From: Candidatus Omnitrophota bacterium
GTDB taxonomy: Bacteria; Omnitrophota; Gorgyraeia; 2-02-FULL-51-18
Assembly (NCBI GenBank): GCA_945877765.1
Contig: CAMDWQ010000003.1
Coordinates: 52,168-116,167 of the forward strand
Reading direction: 5' to 3'
Length of the DNA stretch: 64,000 bases
Shown here: positions 17,684 to 28,267 of the stretch, one piece after another
How positions within the stretch are numbered: the stretch's first letter is position 1
Layout: the number at the start of each line of letters is the position of its first letter
Translations under genes and position numbers: made by a program
The notes under the pieces: model-generated
Told to the model about the DNA's origin: nothing
Databases searched by the model: none
The model's input: only the letters and a program-made list of their open reading frames with translations

Positions 17684-18196
17684 TTATGTCCTCGAAACCA
17701 ACATTTTTTGAATCAAATCGGCGACCTGAGAGGCGCTTTTTCCATCGGTGTCAAAATAATAATCTGCCTGCTGATACAACGGTTTTCGTTTTTCCATCAA
17801 CGCCTGAATTTCAGTAAATAAATTCTCCTTGGCGCTCAAAAGGGGACGGCGTTTTGAATTTTTAACGCGTTCATAGATGGTCTCGGGCTTGGCGGCAAGC
17901 GTCACCAGGATGCCGTTGCTTTTCAACAGGGTCAAATTTTCAGGGTCCAGCACCGTACCGCCGCCGGTTGTAATCACGTGGTTGTCTGCGCCTGCCCAGA
18001 ACCTCACCGCTTCTTTTTCGATGGTCCGAAAATACGGCTCGCCTTCTTTCTCAAAAATTTCCCGTATTTTTCTTTTTTCTTTATCTTCTAGATAGGAATC
18101 AAGATCCACATACTGTCTCTTCGTGCGTCTGGCCAGAAGTCGACCCACGCTAGATTTTCCGGTTCCCATAAATCCCATCAAGACAATATTTTTCAA
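17684..18196 (-). CDS. aroK: Shikimate kinase
   Basis: GFMGTGKSSVGRLLA P-loop, 170 aa. Confidence 0.9.
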   Translation of the reverse strand: MKNIVLMGFMGTGKSSVGRLLARRTKRQYVDLDSYLEDKEKRKIREIFEKEGEPYFRTIEKEAVRFWAGADNHVITTGGGTVLDPENLTLLKSNGILVTLAAKPETIYERVKNSKRRPLLSAKENLFTEIQALMEKRKPLYQQADYYFDTDGKSASQVADLIQKMLVSRT

Positions 18197-18202
18197 ATGA
18201 AT

Positions 18203-19327
18203 CTAAAAATTCTCGAGTTGTTTTTTATATCCCTGGAAATTGCGTAAAGTTTCCTTGAGAGAATCGCCACCAAATTTTTCAAGATAGGCTGCCGCCAGTT
18301 CAAACGCAACCATCGCCTCGCCCACGACGCCGCACGCCGGTACCGCCGTCACATCCGAGCGCTCCACCGTAGCGGCTTGCTTTTGCTTAGTGCTGATATC
18401 CACAGACTGTAGCGGGCTCATGAGCGTCGCGTAGGGCTTGGTAGCGGCTCGCAAGACGAGATCTTCTCCGTTAGTCACACCACCCTCAAAACCCCCTGCG
18501 TTGTTGCTTTTGCGATAAAATCCTTTTTTCTTGTCATGGAAAATTTCATCGTGCACGTCCTTGCCCAAATTTCTCGACACGTCAAAACCCATCCCCACTT
18601 CCACACCCTTGACCGCCTGGATCGACATCAGTCCTGCGCAAAGCTTGGCCGTCAGGCGGCGGTCATAATGCACAAAACTTCCCAAGCCTACCGGTACCCC
18701 CGTTACCACCACCTCAAAAATACCCCCGATCGTGTCCTTAGAAAGCTTTGCCCCGTCGACTCGCGCCATCATTTTCTTTTCAGCTGCTTTGTCGGCGCAG
18801 TGCATGGGCGAACCCATCGACTCTTTTTTAAGCGTTTTAAAATTCATCCCCTGAGTGTTGGCCGTGACACCCCCGATTGAAACCACATGGCTTAAAATAT
18901 CCACCCCAAACTCTTTTAAAAATACCCGGCAAACAGCACCCACCGCCACACGAGCCGCCGTCTCGCGGGCACTGGCGCGCTCAAGGATATCGCGAACATC
19001 TTGCGTGCCATATTTCATGGCACCCACAAGATCAGCGTGTCCGGGCCTGGGACGCTTCACTACCGGAAGCTGATTAATCTTAAAATCTTTATTGGGAACA
19101 AGTAGAGCAATTGGTCCGCCGATCGTCTTACCAAAGCGAACTCCGGACAAAATTTCAGCCGTATCTTTTTCAATCGTCATACGGCCTCCCCGCCCATAAC
19201 CTTCCTGACGGCGAGCCATGTCTACATCGATTATCTTCTCTTCGACACCAAGCCCTGAAACCATTCCCTCAAGAATCGCCACAAGGCATTTCCCGTGAGA
19301 TTCACCGCTAGTCAAAAATCGAAGCAT
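18203..19327 (-). CDS. aroC: Chorismate synthase
   Basis: MLRFLTSGESHGKCLVAILEGMVSGL N-terminus, 374 aa. Confidence 0.9.
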   Translation of the reverse strand: MLRFLTSGESHGKCLVAILEGMVSGLGVEEKIIDVDMARRQEGYGRGGRMTIEKDTAEILSGVRFGKTIGGPIALLVPNKDFKINQLPVVKRPRPGHADLVGAMKYGTQDVRDILERASARETAARVAVGAVCRVFLKEFGVDILSHVVSIGGVTANTQGMNFKTLKKESMGSPMHCADKAAEKKMMARVDGAKLSKDTIGGIFEVVVTGVPVGLGSFVHYDRRLTAKLCAGLMSIQAVKGVEVGMGFDVSRNLGKDVHDEIFHDKKKGFYRKSNNAGGFEGGVTNGEDLVLRAATKPYATLMSPLQSVDISTKQKQAATVERSDVTAVPACGVVGEAMVAFELAAAYLEKFGGDSLKETLRNFQGYKKQLENF

Positions 19328-19357
19328 AACAAACCTCCTATGAAATTGTCGGTAGAA

Positions 19358-20137
19358 TCAAAGCCCAATTCGATTCAAATACCAGGCGATCACCGCCTGT
19401 CCATAAAAAATATAAAAAATGGCTCCCAAACCCAAAAAAGGCCCAAAAGGAATCTGCTCTTCCTTCTTTTTGAATTTAAAATAAATACCTGCGATAGATC
19501 CCGCAAACGATCCCATCATTAGAGCCCAAAGCACGCCCCTAAAACCCAAGAAAGCGCCAAACATCGCCAAGAGCTTCACGTCGCCTCCGCCCATCGCCTC
19601 TTTTTTTAGAAAAAATTCAGCGATCACTGCGATGAGATACAAAAAGCCGCCGCCGATAAACACGCCGATCACCGAAGCCAAGAGCCCTTCCCACCAGCTA
19701 TTCGCCCCGTGCATCATGGGAAAAAAACAAGATAGAATGATTCCCAACACAATCCCAGAAAGCGTAATCTCATCAGGAATGATCTTGTGCTCAAAATCAA
19801 TAAGACTTTCTACCAAGACTGCCAGGGTGAAAATAAGATAAATAAGTCCCATTGCCTCTAGGCCAAAAAAATGATAAAAAGCAACAAACAGCATCCCGGT
19901 CAGAAATTCCACCAGGGCGTGCTGTGCTGAAAATGAGACGCCGCAATCACGACATTTCCCACGCAAAAGAAAATAGCTCAACACCGGCAGATTGTCGTAC
20001 CAACGAATCGGCTTCCCGCACGCACCGCAATGAGAACCCGGCGAAACCACCGACTCGTTTCTGGGTAGCCGATAAATACACACATTCAAAAAACTGCCTA
20101 CTATCGTCCCAAAAACAAACAGAATAAAGCTCATCAT
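19358..20137 (-). CDS. Prepilin (type IV leader) peptidase, A24 family. The likely start is the Met-Met at 20137, overlapping the aroE stop.
   Basis: CIYRLPRNESVVSPGSHCGACGKPIRWYDNLPVLSY Zn-finger region plus multi-TM C-terminal region. Confidence 0.8.
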   Translation of the reverse strand: MMSFILFVFGTIVGSFLNVCIYRLPRNESVVSPGSHCGACGKPIRWYDNLPVLSYFLLRGKCRDCGVSFSAQHALVEFLTGMLFVAFYHFFGLEAMGLIYLIFTLAVLVESLIDFEHKIIPDEITLSGIVLGIILSCFFPMMHGANSWWEGLLASVIGVFIGGGFLYLIAVIAEFFLKKEAMGGGDVKLLAMFGAFLGFRGVLWALMMGSFAGSIAGIYFKFKKKEEQIPFGPFLGLGAIFYIFYGQAVIAWYLNRIGL

Positions 20138-21012
20138 TAAAGCTCCTGTCCTTTCAAAGCATCCAGCATGATTTTGCGCACACCGTCTTTCTTGCCCGTC
20201 CAAATCTCAAACGACAATACCGCCTGATTCACCAGCATCCCCAAACCGTTGGCATGAGGAAAACCGAGCGCTTTGGCTGTTTGTAAAAAAGGGGTCTCAT
20301 TGGGTGAGTAAACCAGATCATAAGCCGCGGTCTTTCTTTCCAGGATTCTCAAATCCAGCGGAATATCCTGGTTTCCCTTCATCCCGCAGCTGGTGGCGTT
20401 AACCACTAAATCAATAGCTTCGCCCTGAACCTCATAAAGATACTTTACCGCTTCAAATTCAGTTTCAGAAAAAAATCCAGCAGCAAGCTCGGTTAATCCT
20501 TGGGCTCGTTCGACATGGCGATTCAAGACCCATACTTTATTGGCATGCGCACGGGCTAACGAAAAAACGACACTGCGGGCCGCCCCTCCAGCCCCCAAGA
20601 CTAAAATCGATTTGCCTTCAGGATTAAACGAAAGCTCTTCGTTAAGCGCCATTAAAAATCCGGGACCATCCGTGTTGTAGCCCAGCAGCGTCCCATGATC
20701 GTTTCGCACCGTATTAATGGCGCCAATGCGGCGGTCAACGTCCTCCGGAATGTCGTCGATGAAATTCAACGCCTCTTCTTTGTAGGGAATGGTGATATTG
20801 GCTCCGCGCATACCCATCGCACGAAATGCCTCAAACGCGATTCCCAGATAACCGGTCTCAATCGGAAAGGCGAGGTAAGCGGCGTTGATTTGAAGATGAG
20901 AAAAAGCCGCATTTTGAATTAGTGGCGAAAGAGAGTGGCTGACGGGATTACCAAAAATACCGTAGAGTTGCGTCTGGGCGTTGACTACGATCTGCTGGTC
21001 GCGGGTCATCAA
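20137..21012 (-). CDS. aroE: Shikimate dehydrogenase
   Basis: LYGIFGNPVSHSLSPLIQNAAF ... LVLGAGGAARSV motifs. Confidence 0.9.
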   Translation of the reverse strand: MMTRDQQIVVNAQTQLYGIFGNPVSHSLSPLIQNAAFSHLQINAAYLAFPIETGYLGIAFEAFRAMGMRGANITIPYKEEALNFIDDIPEDVDRRIGAINTVRNDHGTLLGYNTDGPGFLMALNEELSFNPEGKSILVLGAGGAARSVVFSLARAHANKVWVLNRHVERAQGLTELAAGFFSETEFEAVKYLYEVQGEAIDLVVNATSCGMKGNQDIPLDLRILERKTAAYDLVYSPNETPFLQTAKALGFPHANGLGMLVNQAVLSFEIWTGKKDGVRKIMLDALKGQEL

Positions 21013-22565
21013 ACCCCGTATGCCCCGGAATCTTTTTTTAAAACCCCGCCGCGATAGACAATTTTATTGATGGCATCCAAATAAGCGCGCACACTGGCTT
21101 CGATGATGTCCGTGCTGACACCCTGACCAATCACTACTTTATTGGATTTGTGATCTTGCACTTTCACTGTCACTTCCCCTTGGGCATCCTTGCCCACGGT
21201 GACTGAGCGGATCTGATAATCAAGAAGCCGTGTTTTTTGCGCAATAATTTTGTCGACAAGCTTGAAAGCGGCATCCACAGGCCCGCTCCCGCTGCCTGCA
21301 GCCTCATGCACTTTGGCTTTGGAGCGGATGCTGATGTTGACTTTAGGCTCTTTGCCGGTTTGGGTCAATACACTCAGTGAAACCAACTCGTAAGTCTTGG
21401 GCGCTGAAATAATTTCAGTATCCACCAGCGCGTTTAAATCATCATCAAAGACTTCTTTTTTCTTGTCCGCCAACTGCTTAAAATTCTCAAATGCTTTTTC
21501 CAGCTCTTTGGCTGTTAATTGATAGCCCAACTTGTGCAAACGGCTTTCCAGCGCATGACGGCCAGAATGCTTGCCAAGCACCAATTGAGTCTCGCCAAAA
21601 CCGACGTCTTCCGGCCGGATTATTTCATAAGTTTTGCGGTGCTTTAAAAGGCCGTCCTGATGAATGCCGGACTCATGGGTAAAGGCATTGCGCCCCACGA
21701 TGGCTTTATTGGGCTGAACAACCATGCCCGTAAGAGAGCTGACCAAGCGGCTGGCCTTGCAAATCTGATCCTTGCAGACATTGGTATGTTTGCCATAAAT
21801 ATCCGGCCGCGTATCCAGCGCCATGACAATCTCTTCCATCGCTGCGTTACCCGCGCGCTCCCCGATACCGTTGACGGTGCACTCTACTTGCCGCGCTCCA
21901 AAACGAACCGCCGCCAGCGAGTTGGCAACCGCCAACCCCAAATCATTGTGACAGTGAACGCTAATAATCGCTTTGTTAATATTGGGCACATGGTCAAAAA
22001 TTCCCTTGATCAGATTGCCGTATTCAAAAGGGGTTGTGTATCCCACCGTGTCCGGGATATTGACAATCGTGGCGCCCGCATTGATAACGGCTTCGACGAC
22101 CTCATAAAGAAAATCAGGCTCGGTGCGTGAAGCGTCTTCCGGTGAAAACTCAACTTCACCAATACGATTACGCGCATACTTGACTGCTTGGACCGCCAAG
22201 TGAACAATTTCAGACTTTGCTTTTTTTAATTTGTACTGACGATGTATCGCGGACGTCGCCAAAAAAACATGCAAGCGAGATTTTTTGGCTGGTTTTAAGG
22301 ACGCCAGCGCGACCTCCATGTCTTTTTCAATCGCACGCGCCAAAGCACAAATCGTCGGGCCCTTAATTTCCGCCGCTATTTTTTTTACGGCTGCCGCATC
22401 GCCCGGAGATGTGATGGGAAAACCAGCTTCGATGATATCCACGCGCATCTGCGCCAATTGACGCGCAATTTCAAGCTTGCGCTTCATGTCCAGGCTCGCT
22501 CCAGGAGACTGCTCACCGTCCCTCAGAGTCGTATCAAATATGTATATTCTATTTTTCTCGTCCAT
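21009..22565 (-). CDS. leuA: 2-isopropylmalate synthase (or citramalate synthase; LeuA family with C-terminal regulatory domain)
   Basis: [19 protein letters not shown] ... [17 protein letters not shown] motifs; 518 aa. Confidence 0.85.
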   Translation of the reverse strand: MDEKNRIYIFDTTLRDGEQSPGASLDMKRKLEIARQLAQMRVDIIEAGFPITSPGDAAAVKKIAAEIKGPTICALARAIEKDMEVALASLKPAKKSRLHVFLATSAIHRQYKLKKAKSEIVHLAVQAVKYARNRIGEVEFSPEDASRTEPDFLYEVVEAVINAGATIVNIPDTVGYTTPFEYGNLIKGIFDHVPNINKAIISVHCHNDLGLAVANSLAAVRFGARQVECTVNGIGERAGNAAMEEIVMALDTRPDIYGKHTNVCKDQICKASRLVSSLTGMVVQPNKAIVGRNAFTHESGIHQDGLLKHRKTYEIIRPEDVGFGETQLVLGKHSGRHALESRLHKLGYQLTAKELEKAFENFKQLADKKKEVFDDDLNALVDTEIISAPKTYELVSLSVLTQTGKEPKVNISIRSKAKVHEAAGSGSGPVDAAFKLVDKIIAQKTRLLDYQIRSVTVGKDAQGEVTVKVQDHKSNKVVIGQGVSTDIIEASVRAYLDAINKIVYRGGVLKKDSGAYGV

Positions 22566-22617
22566 CTTCCTACCTTTTACCTATCTTCCAATTAGTGATT
22601 TCTTTTATGGGTGGCGA

Positions 22618-23604
22618 TCACATCCACTTCATCATCCCGCGCAATTTAGCCCCGACCTTTTCAATCGGATGGTTGTCATGAGCATGCCGCAGCCGGTTGA
22701 AATTTTTCTTTCCATTTTTGTAATCAGCCAAAAATTCCTTGGCGAATTTACCTGACTGAATCTCTTTTAATATTTTTTTCATTTCTTCACGGGTTTTTTT
22801 GTTCACAATGCGAGGTCCGCGAGTCAAATCCCCATATTCTGCTGTATCGGAGACACGCTTTCTCATTCCCTGGACCCCAGTGGCGTAAATCAAGTCGGTG
22901 ATCAGTTTCAACTCGTGCAGACATTCAAAATAAGCAATTTCAGGCTGATAACCGGCTTTCACCAGCGTCTCAAAACCTGCCATGACCAACTCCGCCGTGC
23001 CGCCGCACAAAACCGACTGCTCGCCGAATAGATCCGTCTCGGTCTCTTCTTTAAATGTTGTTTCGATGACACCCGCGCGTGTCCCACCCAATGCTTTGGC
23101 GTAAGCCAGCGCCAGCTTCTTGCAATTCTTGGTCGCGTCTTGATAGACCGCAATCAAACAAGGCACACCCTTTCCCTCTTCGTACTGCCGGCGAACGAGA
23201 CTGCCGGGGCCCTTGGGGGCAACCATGAATACGTCGACAAACTTAGGCGGCATAATCTGTTTAAAGTGAATATTGAATCCATGAGAAAAAGCTAACGCCT
23301 TGCCCTTGGTCAAATAAGGATCCACAGACGTTCTATAAATTTCGGCCTGGAGCGGGTCTTGCGCTAGAATGATAATAACGTCTGACTTCTGAGCTAGCTC
23401 GGCGGCATCCATTGGCTTAAAACCATCTTTTATCGCTATGTCATAATTAGGTCCGCCAGGACGCTGAGAAACCAACACCTTGAGACCGCTGTCTCGTAAA
23501 TTAAGCGCCTGTCCTCGGCCCTGAATTCCGTAACCGATCACACCAACGGTTTTATTTTTAATGAAAGAAAGATCTGCGTCTTTGTCGTAATAAATTTTAG
23601 CCAT
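22618..23604 (-). CDS. ilvC: Ketol-acid reductoisomerase
   Basis: [19 protein letters not shown] ... class I KARI, 328 aa. Confidence 0.9.
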   Translation of the reverse strand: MAKIYYDKDADLSFIKNKTVGVIGYGIQGRGQALNLRDSGLKVLVSQRPGGPNYDIAIKDGFKPMDAAELAQKSDVIIILAQDPLQAEIYRTSVDPYLTKGKALAFSHGFNIHFKQIMPPKFVDVFMVAPKGPGSLVRRQYEEGKGVPCLIAVYQDATKNCKKLALAYAKALGGTRAGVIETTFKEETETDLFGEQSVLCGGTAELVMAGFETLVKAGYQPEIAYFECLHELKLITDLIYATGVQGMRKRVSDTAEYGDLTRGPRIVNKKTREEMKKILKEIQSGKFAKEFLADYKNGKKNFNRLRHAHDNHPIEKVGAKLRGMMKWM

Positions 23605-23626
23605 TTTGTATTTCCTTTTTTATTCT

Positions 23627-23695
23627 GTCATCCCCGAAGTGTTTAATCGTGGATCATGTTTGGTTTGATTCCCGATAAAAGCATTCGGGAATGAC
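23627..23695. repeat. REP-like hairpin doublet (family 1) between ilvC and ilvH
   Basis: gtcatccccgaagtgtttaatcgtggatcat + gtttggtttg + attcccgataaaagcattcgggaatgac. Confidence 0.75.
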
Positions 23696-23701
23696 GTATA
23701 G

Positions 23702-24214
23702 TTAGTTTTTTGGTAGTTTGTTCGAAAGCGCGACAGCGCCCGTTTGGGCGATTTCGACAATGCCGATGCCTTTGAGCAGTGCAAAAATCTTTTTTGCGTT
23801 CTCACGCGTCTCGGTGCACTCCAGCGTTATCAGGCTGTGATTTTCATCTGCCACCTGGGCACGAAATTGTGACATCACCGATTTGAGCGCCTCCTTGACT
23901 TGGGGAGTGTTTCTTAATTTGACCAACATCAATTCGCGGTCCACAAATCCCTCTTCGCTCAAATCCTGCACTTTAATCACATCCAGCAGCTTGTTGAGCT
24001 GCTTTTTGATCTGCTCGATGGTTTTTTGATCCCCTTCTGCAACCAATGTGATCCTTGAAGCGGTAGGGTCCTCAGTTTCGCCTACTGCCAGCGACCGAAT
24101 GTTAAATCCTCTAGCCGAAAAAAGACCGACCACGCGCGAAAGCACTCCCGCGTGATTCTCAACCAGCACAGACAGCATCCGGCTTTCGACGGGTGTTGCG
24201 TCATGAATTGCCAT
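23702..24214 (-). CDS. ilvH: Acetolactate synthase small (regulatory) subunit
   Basis: ACT domain MLSVLVENHAGVLSRVVGLFSARGFNIRSLAV. Confidence 0.9.
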   Translation of the reverse strand: MAIHDATPVESRMLSVLVENHAGVLSRVVGLFSARGFNIRSLAVGETEDPTASRITLVAEGDQKTIEQIKKQLNKLLDVIKVQDLSEEGFVDRELMLVKLRNTPQVKEALKSVMSQFRAQVADENHSLITLECTETRENAKKIFALLKGIGIVEIAQTGAVALSNKLPKN

Positions 24215-24235
24215 ATACTTAACCTTTCTTACAGT

Positions 24236-24305
24236 GTCATCCCCGAAATTATTTATCGGGGATCATACCCTGGTTTGATTCCCGATTAGAGATCTCGGGA
24301 ATGAC
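24236..24305. repeat. REP-like hairpin doublet (family 1) between ilvH and ilvB
   Basis: gtcatccccgaaattatttatcggggatcat + accctggtttg + attcccgattagagatctcgggaatgac. Confidence 0.75.
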
Positions 24306-24323
24306 AAGGGTTGGGAATTGTTA

Positions 24324-26000
24324 TCACGCCATATCGATGATCTCTTCGAAAGATCGTCCCGCCGGGATCATAGGATATACGTTTTCTTCTTCCGTTACGA
24401 CAAAATCGAGTACACACGGACGATCGGTAATCGTCTTGGACCACTCAATCGCTTCATCGACCTCGTTTTTGCGGGTCACGCAACGGCCGGTCGCGCCATA
24501 AGCTTTGGCTAAGGCCACAAAATCAGGATTCCCGCTCATGGTAGAGCTGGAATAGCGGTGATTATAAAATGTTTCCTGCCACTGGCGAACCATTCCCAGA
24601 TAATTATTGTTGATAATGGCAATCTTTACCGGAAGCTTGTGGAGCACCGCTGTCGCCATCTCTTGAATATTCATCTGGATCGAGCCATCGCCGCTAATAC
24701 AAACAACTGTCTTTTTCGGAAACGCAAACTGCGCGCCGATAGCCGCTGGGAATCCGTAGCCCATCGTGCCCAAGCCGCCTGAGGTCAAAAATTGATTAGG
24801 ACCATTCAGCTTAAAATACTGCGCTGCCCACATCTGATGCTGGCCGACATCCGTAGACACGATCGCATCGCTGCCAAGAATATCGCAGAGTCTCTGGATC
24901 GCATACTGAGGACGAATCAAATCGCCGTCATCCTTGTAACGAAGCGGGCTTTCTTTTTTCCATTTCTCAATATCGGCTAACCATGTTCCCGTATCTATTT
25001 TTCCGACCAGCTTGTTGAGCTCGATCAAAACTTGTTTCACGTCGCCTACGATGGGCACATCCACTTTTATATTTTTAGAGATTGCCGAAGGATCTACATC
25101 GATATGAATAACCTTGGCAGTGGGAGCAAACTTTTTAAGATCCCCAGTCACGCGGTCGTCAAAACGTGCGCCGACAGCAATTAAAAGATCCGATTCATGC
25201 ACCGCTCGATTGGCAAACACCGTTCCGTGCATTCCCAGCATTCCCATAAACAGAGGGTGTGTTCCAGGAACGCTCCCCAAACCCATGAGTGTGTTGGTGC
25301 AAGGTGCTTGCGTCTTTTCGACAAAAGCAATCAGCTCTTTAGCCGCCCCGGAAATAACAACACCGCCGCCGGTATAAACCACCGGCCGCTTGGATGCCAT
25401 GATCAGTTCTGCCGCTTTTTTGATTTGACCGGAATGCGCCTCTACCACTGGCTTAAAGCCGCGCACGCTCACTTCGCTGGGATACTCAAAATCAACCGTC
25501 TGTAGGCTGATATCAGAAGGAAAATCGATCAACACCGGTCCCGGCCGCCCACTGGTGGCGATCGTAAATGCCTCTTTTAAAATGCGGGGCAAGTCGTTGA
25601 CGTTTTTAACTAAATAATTATGCTTGGTGATCGGGCGCGTAATGCCAGTCACATCCGCTTCTTGAAAAGCATCGTTGCCGATTAAAAAAGACTTCACCTG
25701 TCCTGTAATGACAACCAGAGGAATCGAATCCATGTAAGCATCGGCAATTCCTGTGACGGTATTGGTAGCACCCGGTCCTGAGGTCACCACCACCACGCCA
25801 GGGCGGCCAGTCGAACGCGCATAGCCTTCGGCCATATGAACAGCCCCTTGCTCATGACGAACCAGAATCACTTTAAACTTGGCGTCATAAAGCGCATCAA
25901 ATAACGGTAAACACGCTCCTCCGGGAAGGCCAAACACATACTCCACGCCTTCACGGGTAAACGCTTCCACAACGGCTTGAGCACCGGTCATTTTTGACAT
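24324..26000 (-). CDS. ilvB: Acetolactate synthase large subunit (ThDP-dependent)
   Basis: GAQAVVEAFTREGVEYVFGLPGG ... GLGTMGYGFPAAIGAQ motifs. Confidence 0.9.
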   Translation of the reverse strand: MSKMTGAQAVVEAFTREGVEYVFGLPGGACLPLFDALYDAKFKVILVRHEQGAVHMAEGYARSTGRPGVVVVTSGPGATNTVTGIADAYMDSIPLVVITGQVKSFLIGNDAFQEADVTGITRPITKHNYLVKNVNDLPRILKEAFTIATSGRPGPVLIDFPSDISLQTVDFEYPSEVSVRGFKPVVEAHSGQIKKAAELIMASKRPVVYTGGGVVISGAAKELIAFVEKTQAPCTNTLMGLGSVPGTHPLFMGMLGMHGTVFANRAVHESDLLIAVGARFDDRVTGDLKKFAPTAKVIHIDVDPSAISKNIKVDVPIVGDVKQVLIELNKLVGKIDTGTWLADIEKWKKESPLRYKDDGDLIRPQYAIQRLCDILGSDAIVSTDVGQHQMWAAQYFKLNGPNQFLTSGGLGTMGYGFPAAIGAQFAFPKKTVVCISGDGSIQMNIQEMATAVLHKLPVKIAIINNNYLGMVRQWQETFYNHRYSSSTMSGNPDFVALAKAYGATGRCVTRKNEVDEAIEWSKTITDRPCVLDFVVTEEENVYPMIPAGRSFEEIIDMA

Positions 26001-26062
26001 AAATCTCCCAAAATAAGGACTTTAAAGTACGGTGACTCTTGGCTTAAATTAGTGAATTTTGT

Positions 26063-26091
26063 ATTATAGCAACGGGACTCGGAGGTGTCAA
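26063..26091 (-). promoter_or_regulatory. Consensus sigma70 promoter for the ilvB-ilvH-ilvC-leuA operon. On the minus strand it reads TTGACA, a 17-nt spacer, then TATAAT.
   Basis: Minus-strand reading: TTGACA cctccgagtcccgttgc TATAAT. A GGGAGA Shine-Dalgarno lies 6 nt before the ilvB ATG. Confidence 0.6.
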
Positions 26092-26098
26092 ATGACGC

Positions 26099-27238
26099 TT
26101 ATTTTTTATAAATTCTCGGCACGCGGCTATGAATTCCACAAACAATCTCGTAGGGTATCGTGCCGGCCAATCCCGCCAAATCCTGCGCGGTAATTGCCTG
26201 CGCGCCCCGCCCCCCGATAAGAGCTACTCCCTCCCACCGCTTTACACCCGAGATTCGACCGACATCTACAAGTATCTGGTCCATCGTGACCCGCCCCACC
26301 ACCGGACAGCGTTTTTTTCTCACGATCACCGAAGCGCGGTTGGAAAAAGCCACGCGATATCCGTGACTATACCCTACCGGCAAAGTGGCAATCAATGTGT
26401 TTTTTAAAATTTTGTGTGTCCGTCCATAGCTGACCGTTTGGCCGCAAGTGAACTTTTTTAAAAATGAAATTCTCGCTCTCCAGGAAAGTATCGGCCGTAT
26501 ACCATTAGGCAGCTTCGCTCGGGGGGAAGACTTAAGCCCATACAAAACAAGGCCTGGGCGGACAAGATTAAAATGGGCCTCTTTAAACCGCAAAACCCCC
26601 ATGCTATTGGCGGCATGAATATATTTTGGTTTTACTCCAAGCGCTCGTATTTTCTTAAGGCAGTCCTCGAAAATTTTAAGCTGAGTATGTGTGGGTGTAA
26701 CGCTCTCATCATCGGCGCTGGAAAAATGGGTATATACCCCCTCAATCGTTATTCCCGGGAGAGACTGAATCTTCTTAAAAAAATCTCCTGCCTGTTGATA
26801 CGGCAACCCCAACCTGCCCATGCCTGTATCGATTTTGACGTGCACAGGAAATTTACGGATACTTTTTAGCGCTCGGCTTAAAAGCATTGCATCTTCCATC
26901 CCAGAAATCGTCGGTGTAATTTTTTTGGAAATATAATCCTTAAGTTGGGTGGGATGAAAACAGCCTAGGACTAAAATGGCTGCCTTGGGCAGTGACTTGC
27001 GCAAAACCAGCGCTTCATCAATAGTGGCCACGCCAAAGAAACGCACGCCCTCCTCCCATAAGGCGGCGGAAACCCGCAGCATCCCGTGGCCGTAAGCATC
27101 TGCTTTGACGACAGCAAGAATTCCGGCAGAAGACTCGCGCACTACTGACCGGACGGCACGTAGATTTTTTTTTAAAATATTTAAATCTACTTCTACCCAA
27201 GTCAGCGGAAATTTATTTTTTTGAAGAAGGGGCGACAT
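26099..27238 (-). CDS. alr: Alanine racemase (PLP-dependent). The probable start is the internal Met at 27238.
   Basis: AVVKADAYGHG PLP-lysine motif. Confidence 0.85.
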   Translation of the reverse strand: MSPLLQKNKFPLTWVEVDLNILKKNLRAVRSVVRESSAGILAVVKADAYGHGMLRVSAALWEEGVRFFGVATIDEALVLRKSLPKAAILVLGCFHPTQLKDYISKKITPTISGMEDAMLLSRALKSIRKFPVHVKIDTGMGRLGLPYQQAGDFFKKIQSLPGITIEGVYTHFSSADDESVTPTHTQLKIFEDCLKKIRALGVKPKYIHAANSMGVLRFKEAHFNLVRPGLVLYGLKSSPRAKLPNGIRPILSWRARISFLKKFTCGQTVSYGRTHKILKNTLIATLPVGYSHGYRVAFSNRASVIVRKKRCPVVGRVTMDQILVDVGRISGVKRWEGVALIGGRGAQAITAQDLAGLAGTIPYEIVCGIHSRVPRIYKK

Positions 27239-27827
27239 TGCAATCCTTGGGGTGAAGATAAAGCGGTTCAAGCTTGAGCGGGTCATCAAATTTTTTAAGC
27301 CTTATCCGCTCCATAGCCGCCTGCGCAATAGAAACGGCGCTTGGTATCATGGCTTCGAGAATAGCTGTCCGGCTGTTTAAAGATTGCAAAAAATGCTCAC
27401 GAAGCACGAGCGCAGGCTTTTGAATCACTTGCCAATGCTCCCCCTTTTTGCGGTAGATAGCCGCATACACCTGTGCTTTTTTTGCATCCATCAAGACAGC
27501 GAATTCTCCCTCGCCTGTAGCGCTGCGGGCAATCGCCTCAAGACTAGAAATTCCAACCAGCTTTGTTTTTAACGTGTAGCAAAAGACTTTGGCGGTGGTC
27601 ACGGCAATGCGCAGCCCAGTAAATGACCCGGGACCCACCCCCACAGCAATACAACCAACCTCCTTGGGACGAACATGAGCGCGCTTTAAAATTCTCTGCA
27701 AACCCGGGATCAGCTCCTGCGAGTGCCGCCCAGTCACTTCTGAATCATAAGAATCTATTTTTTTTGAGCCTTCAAAAAGAGCGATGCTAAGCTTTTGGGT
27801 TGAGGTGTCAAACGAGAGAATTTTCAT
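27213..27827 (-). CDS. tsaB: tRNA threonylcarbamoyladenosine biosynthesis protein TsaB (YeaZ)
   Basis: MKILSFDTSTQKLSIALFEG N-terminus. Confidence 0.8.
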   Translation of the reverse strand: MKILSFDTSTQKLSIALFEGSKKIDSYDSEVTGRHSQELIPGLQRILKRAHVRPKEVGCIAVGVGPGSFTGLRIAVTTAKVFCYTLKTKLVGISSLEAIARSATGEGEFAVLMDAKKAQVYAAIYRKKGEHWQVIQKPALVLREHFLQSLNSRTAILEAMIPSAVSIAQAAMERIRLKKFDDPLKLEPLYLHPKDCNVAPSSKK

Positions 27828-28267
27828 TTGGCAGACACCTCAATAATCCTTGTCGTGAGGTTTTGGTGAGAAATCCTCACTTCTAAAAAATGCTCCGGTA
27901 ATAAATTTTCACCGCGTTGGGGCCATTCGACCAACGTGATTCCTTGAGAATAAAAACACTCCTGAGCCATCTGCGCATCCACACCCTTCACTTTTTTGAT
28001 CCGGTACCAGTCCAGGTGATAGATTTTACACTTGCCCGAATACTCGTGAATTACCACAAAAGTAGGACTTGAAACTTTTGTCTGCGACCGGATCCCCAAG
28101 CCGTCCGCTATCCCCTTCACCAGCGTCGTTTTGCCGGCACCCAATTCGCCGTAAAGAGCCACGACACTTCCCGGTATTAATTTTTTAGCCAGCAGCTTAC
28201 CAATTTTTTTAGTTTCGCTTTCAGAGCTGGATACCCAGCGGCTTATTGCCCCCAATTTTTTCTTCAT
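27824..28267 (-). CDS. tsaE: tRNA t6A ATPase TsaE (YjeE)
   Basis: ALYGELGAGKTTLVKGIADGLGI Walker A. Confidence 0.85.
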   Translation of the reverse strand: MKKKLGAISRWVSSSESETKKIGKLLAKKLIPGSVVALYGELGAGKTTLVKGIADGLGIRSQTKVSSPTFVVIHEYSGKCKIYHLDWYRIKKVKGVDAQMAQECFYSQGITLVEWPQRGENLLPEHFLEVRISHQNLTTRIIEVSAK

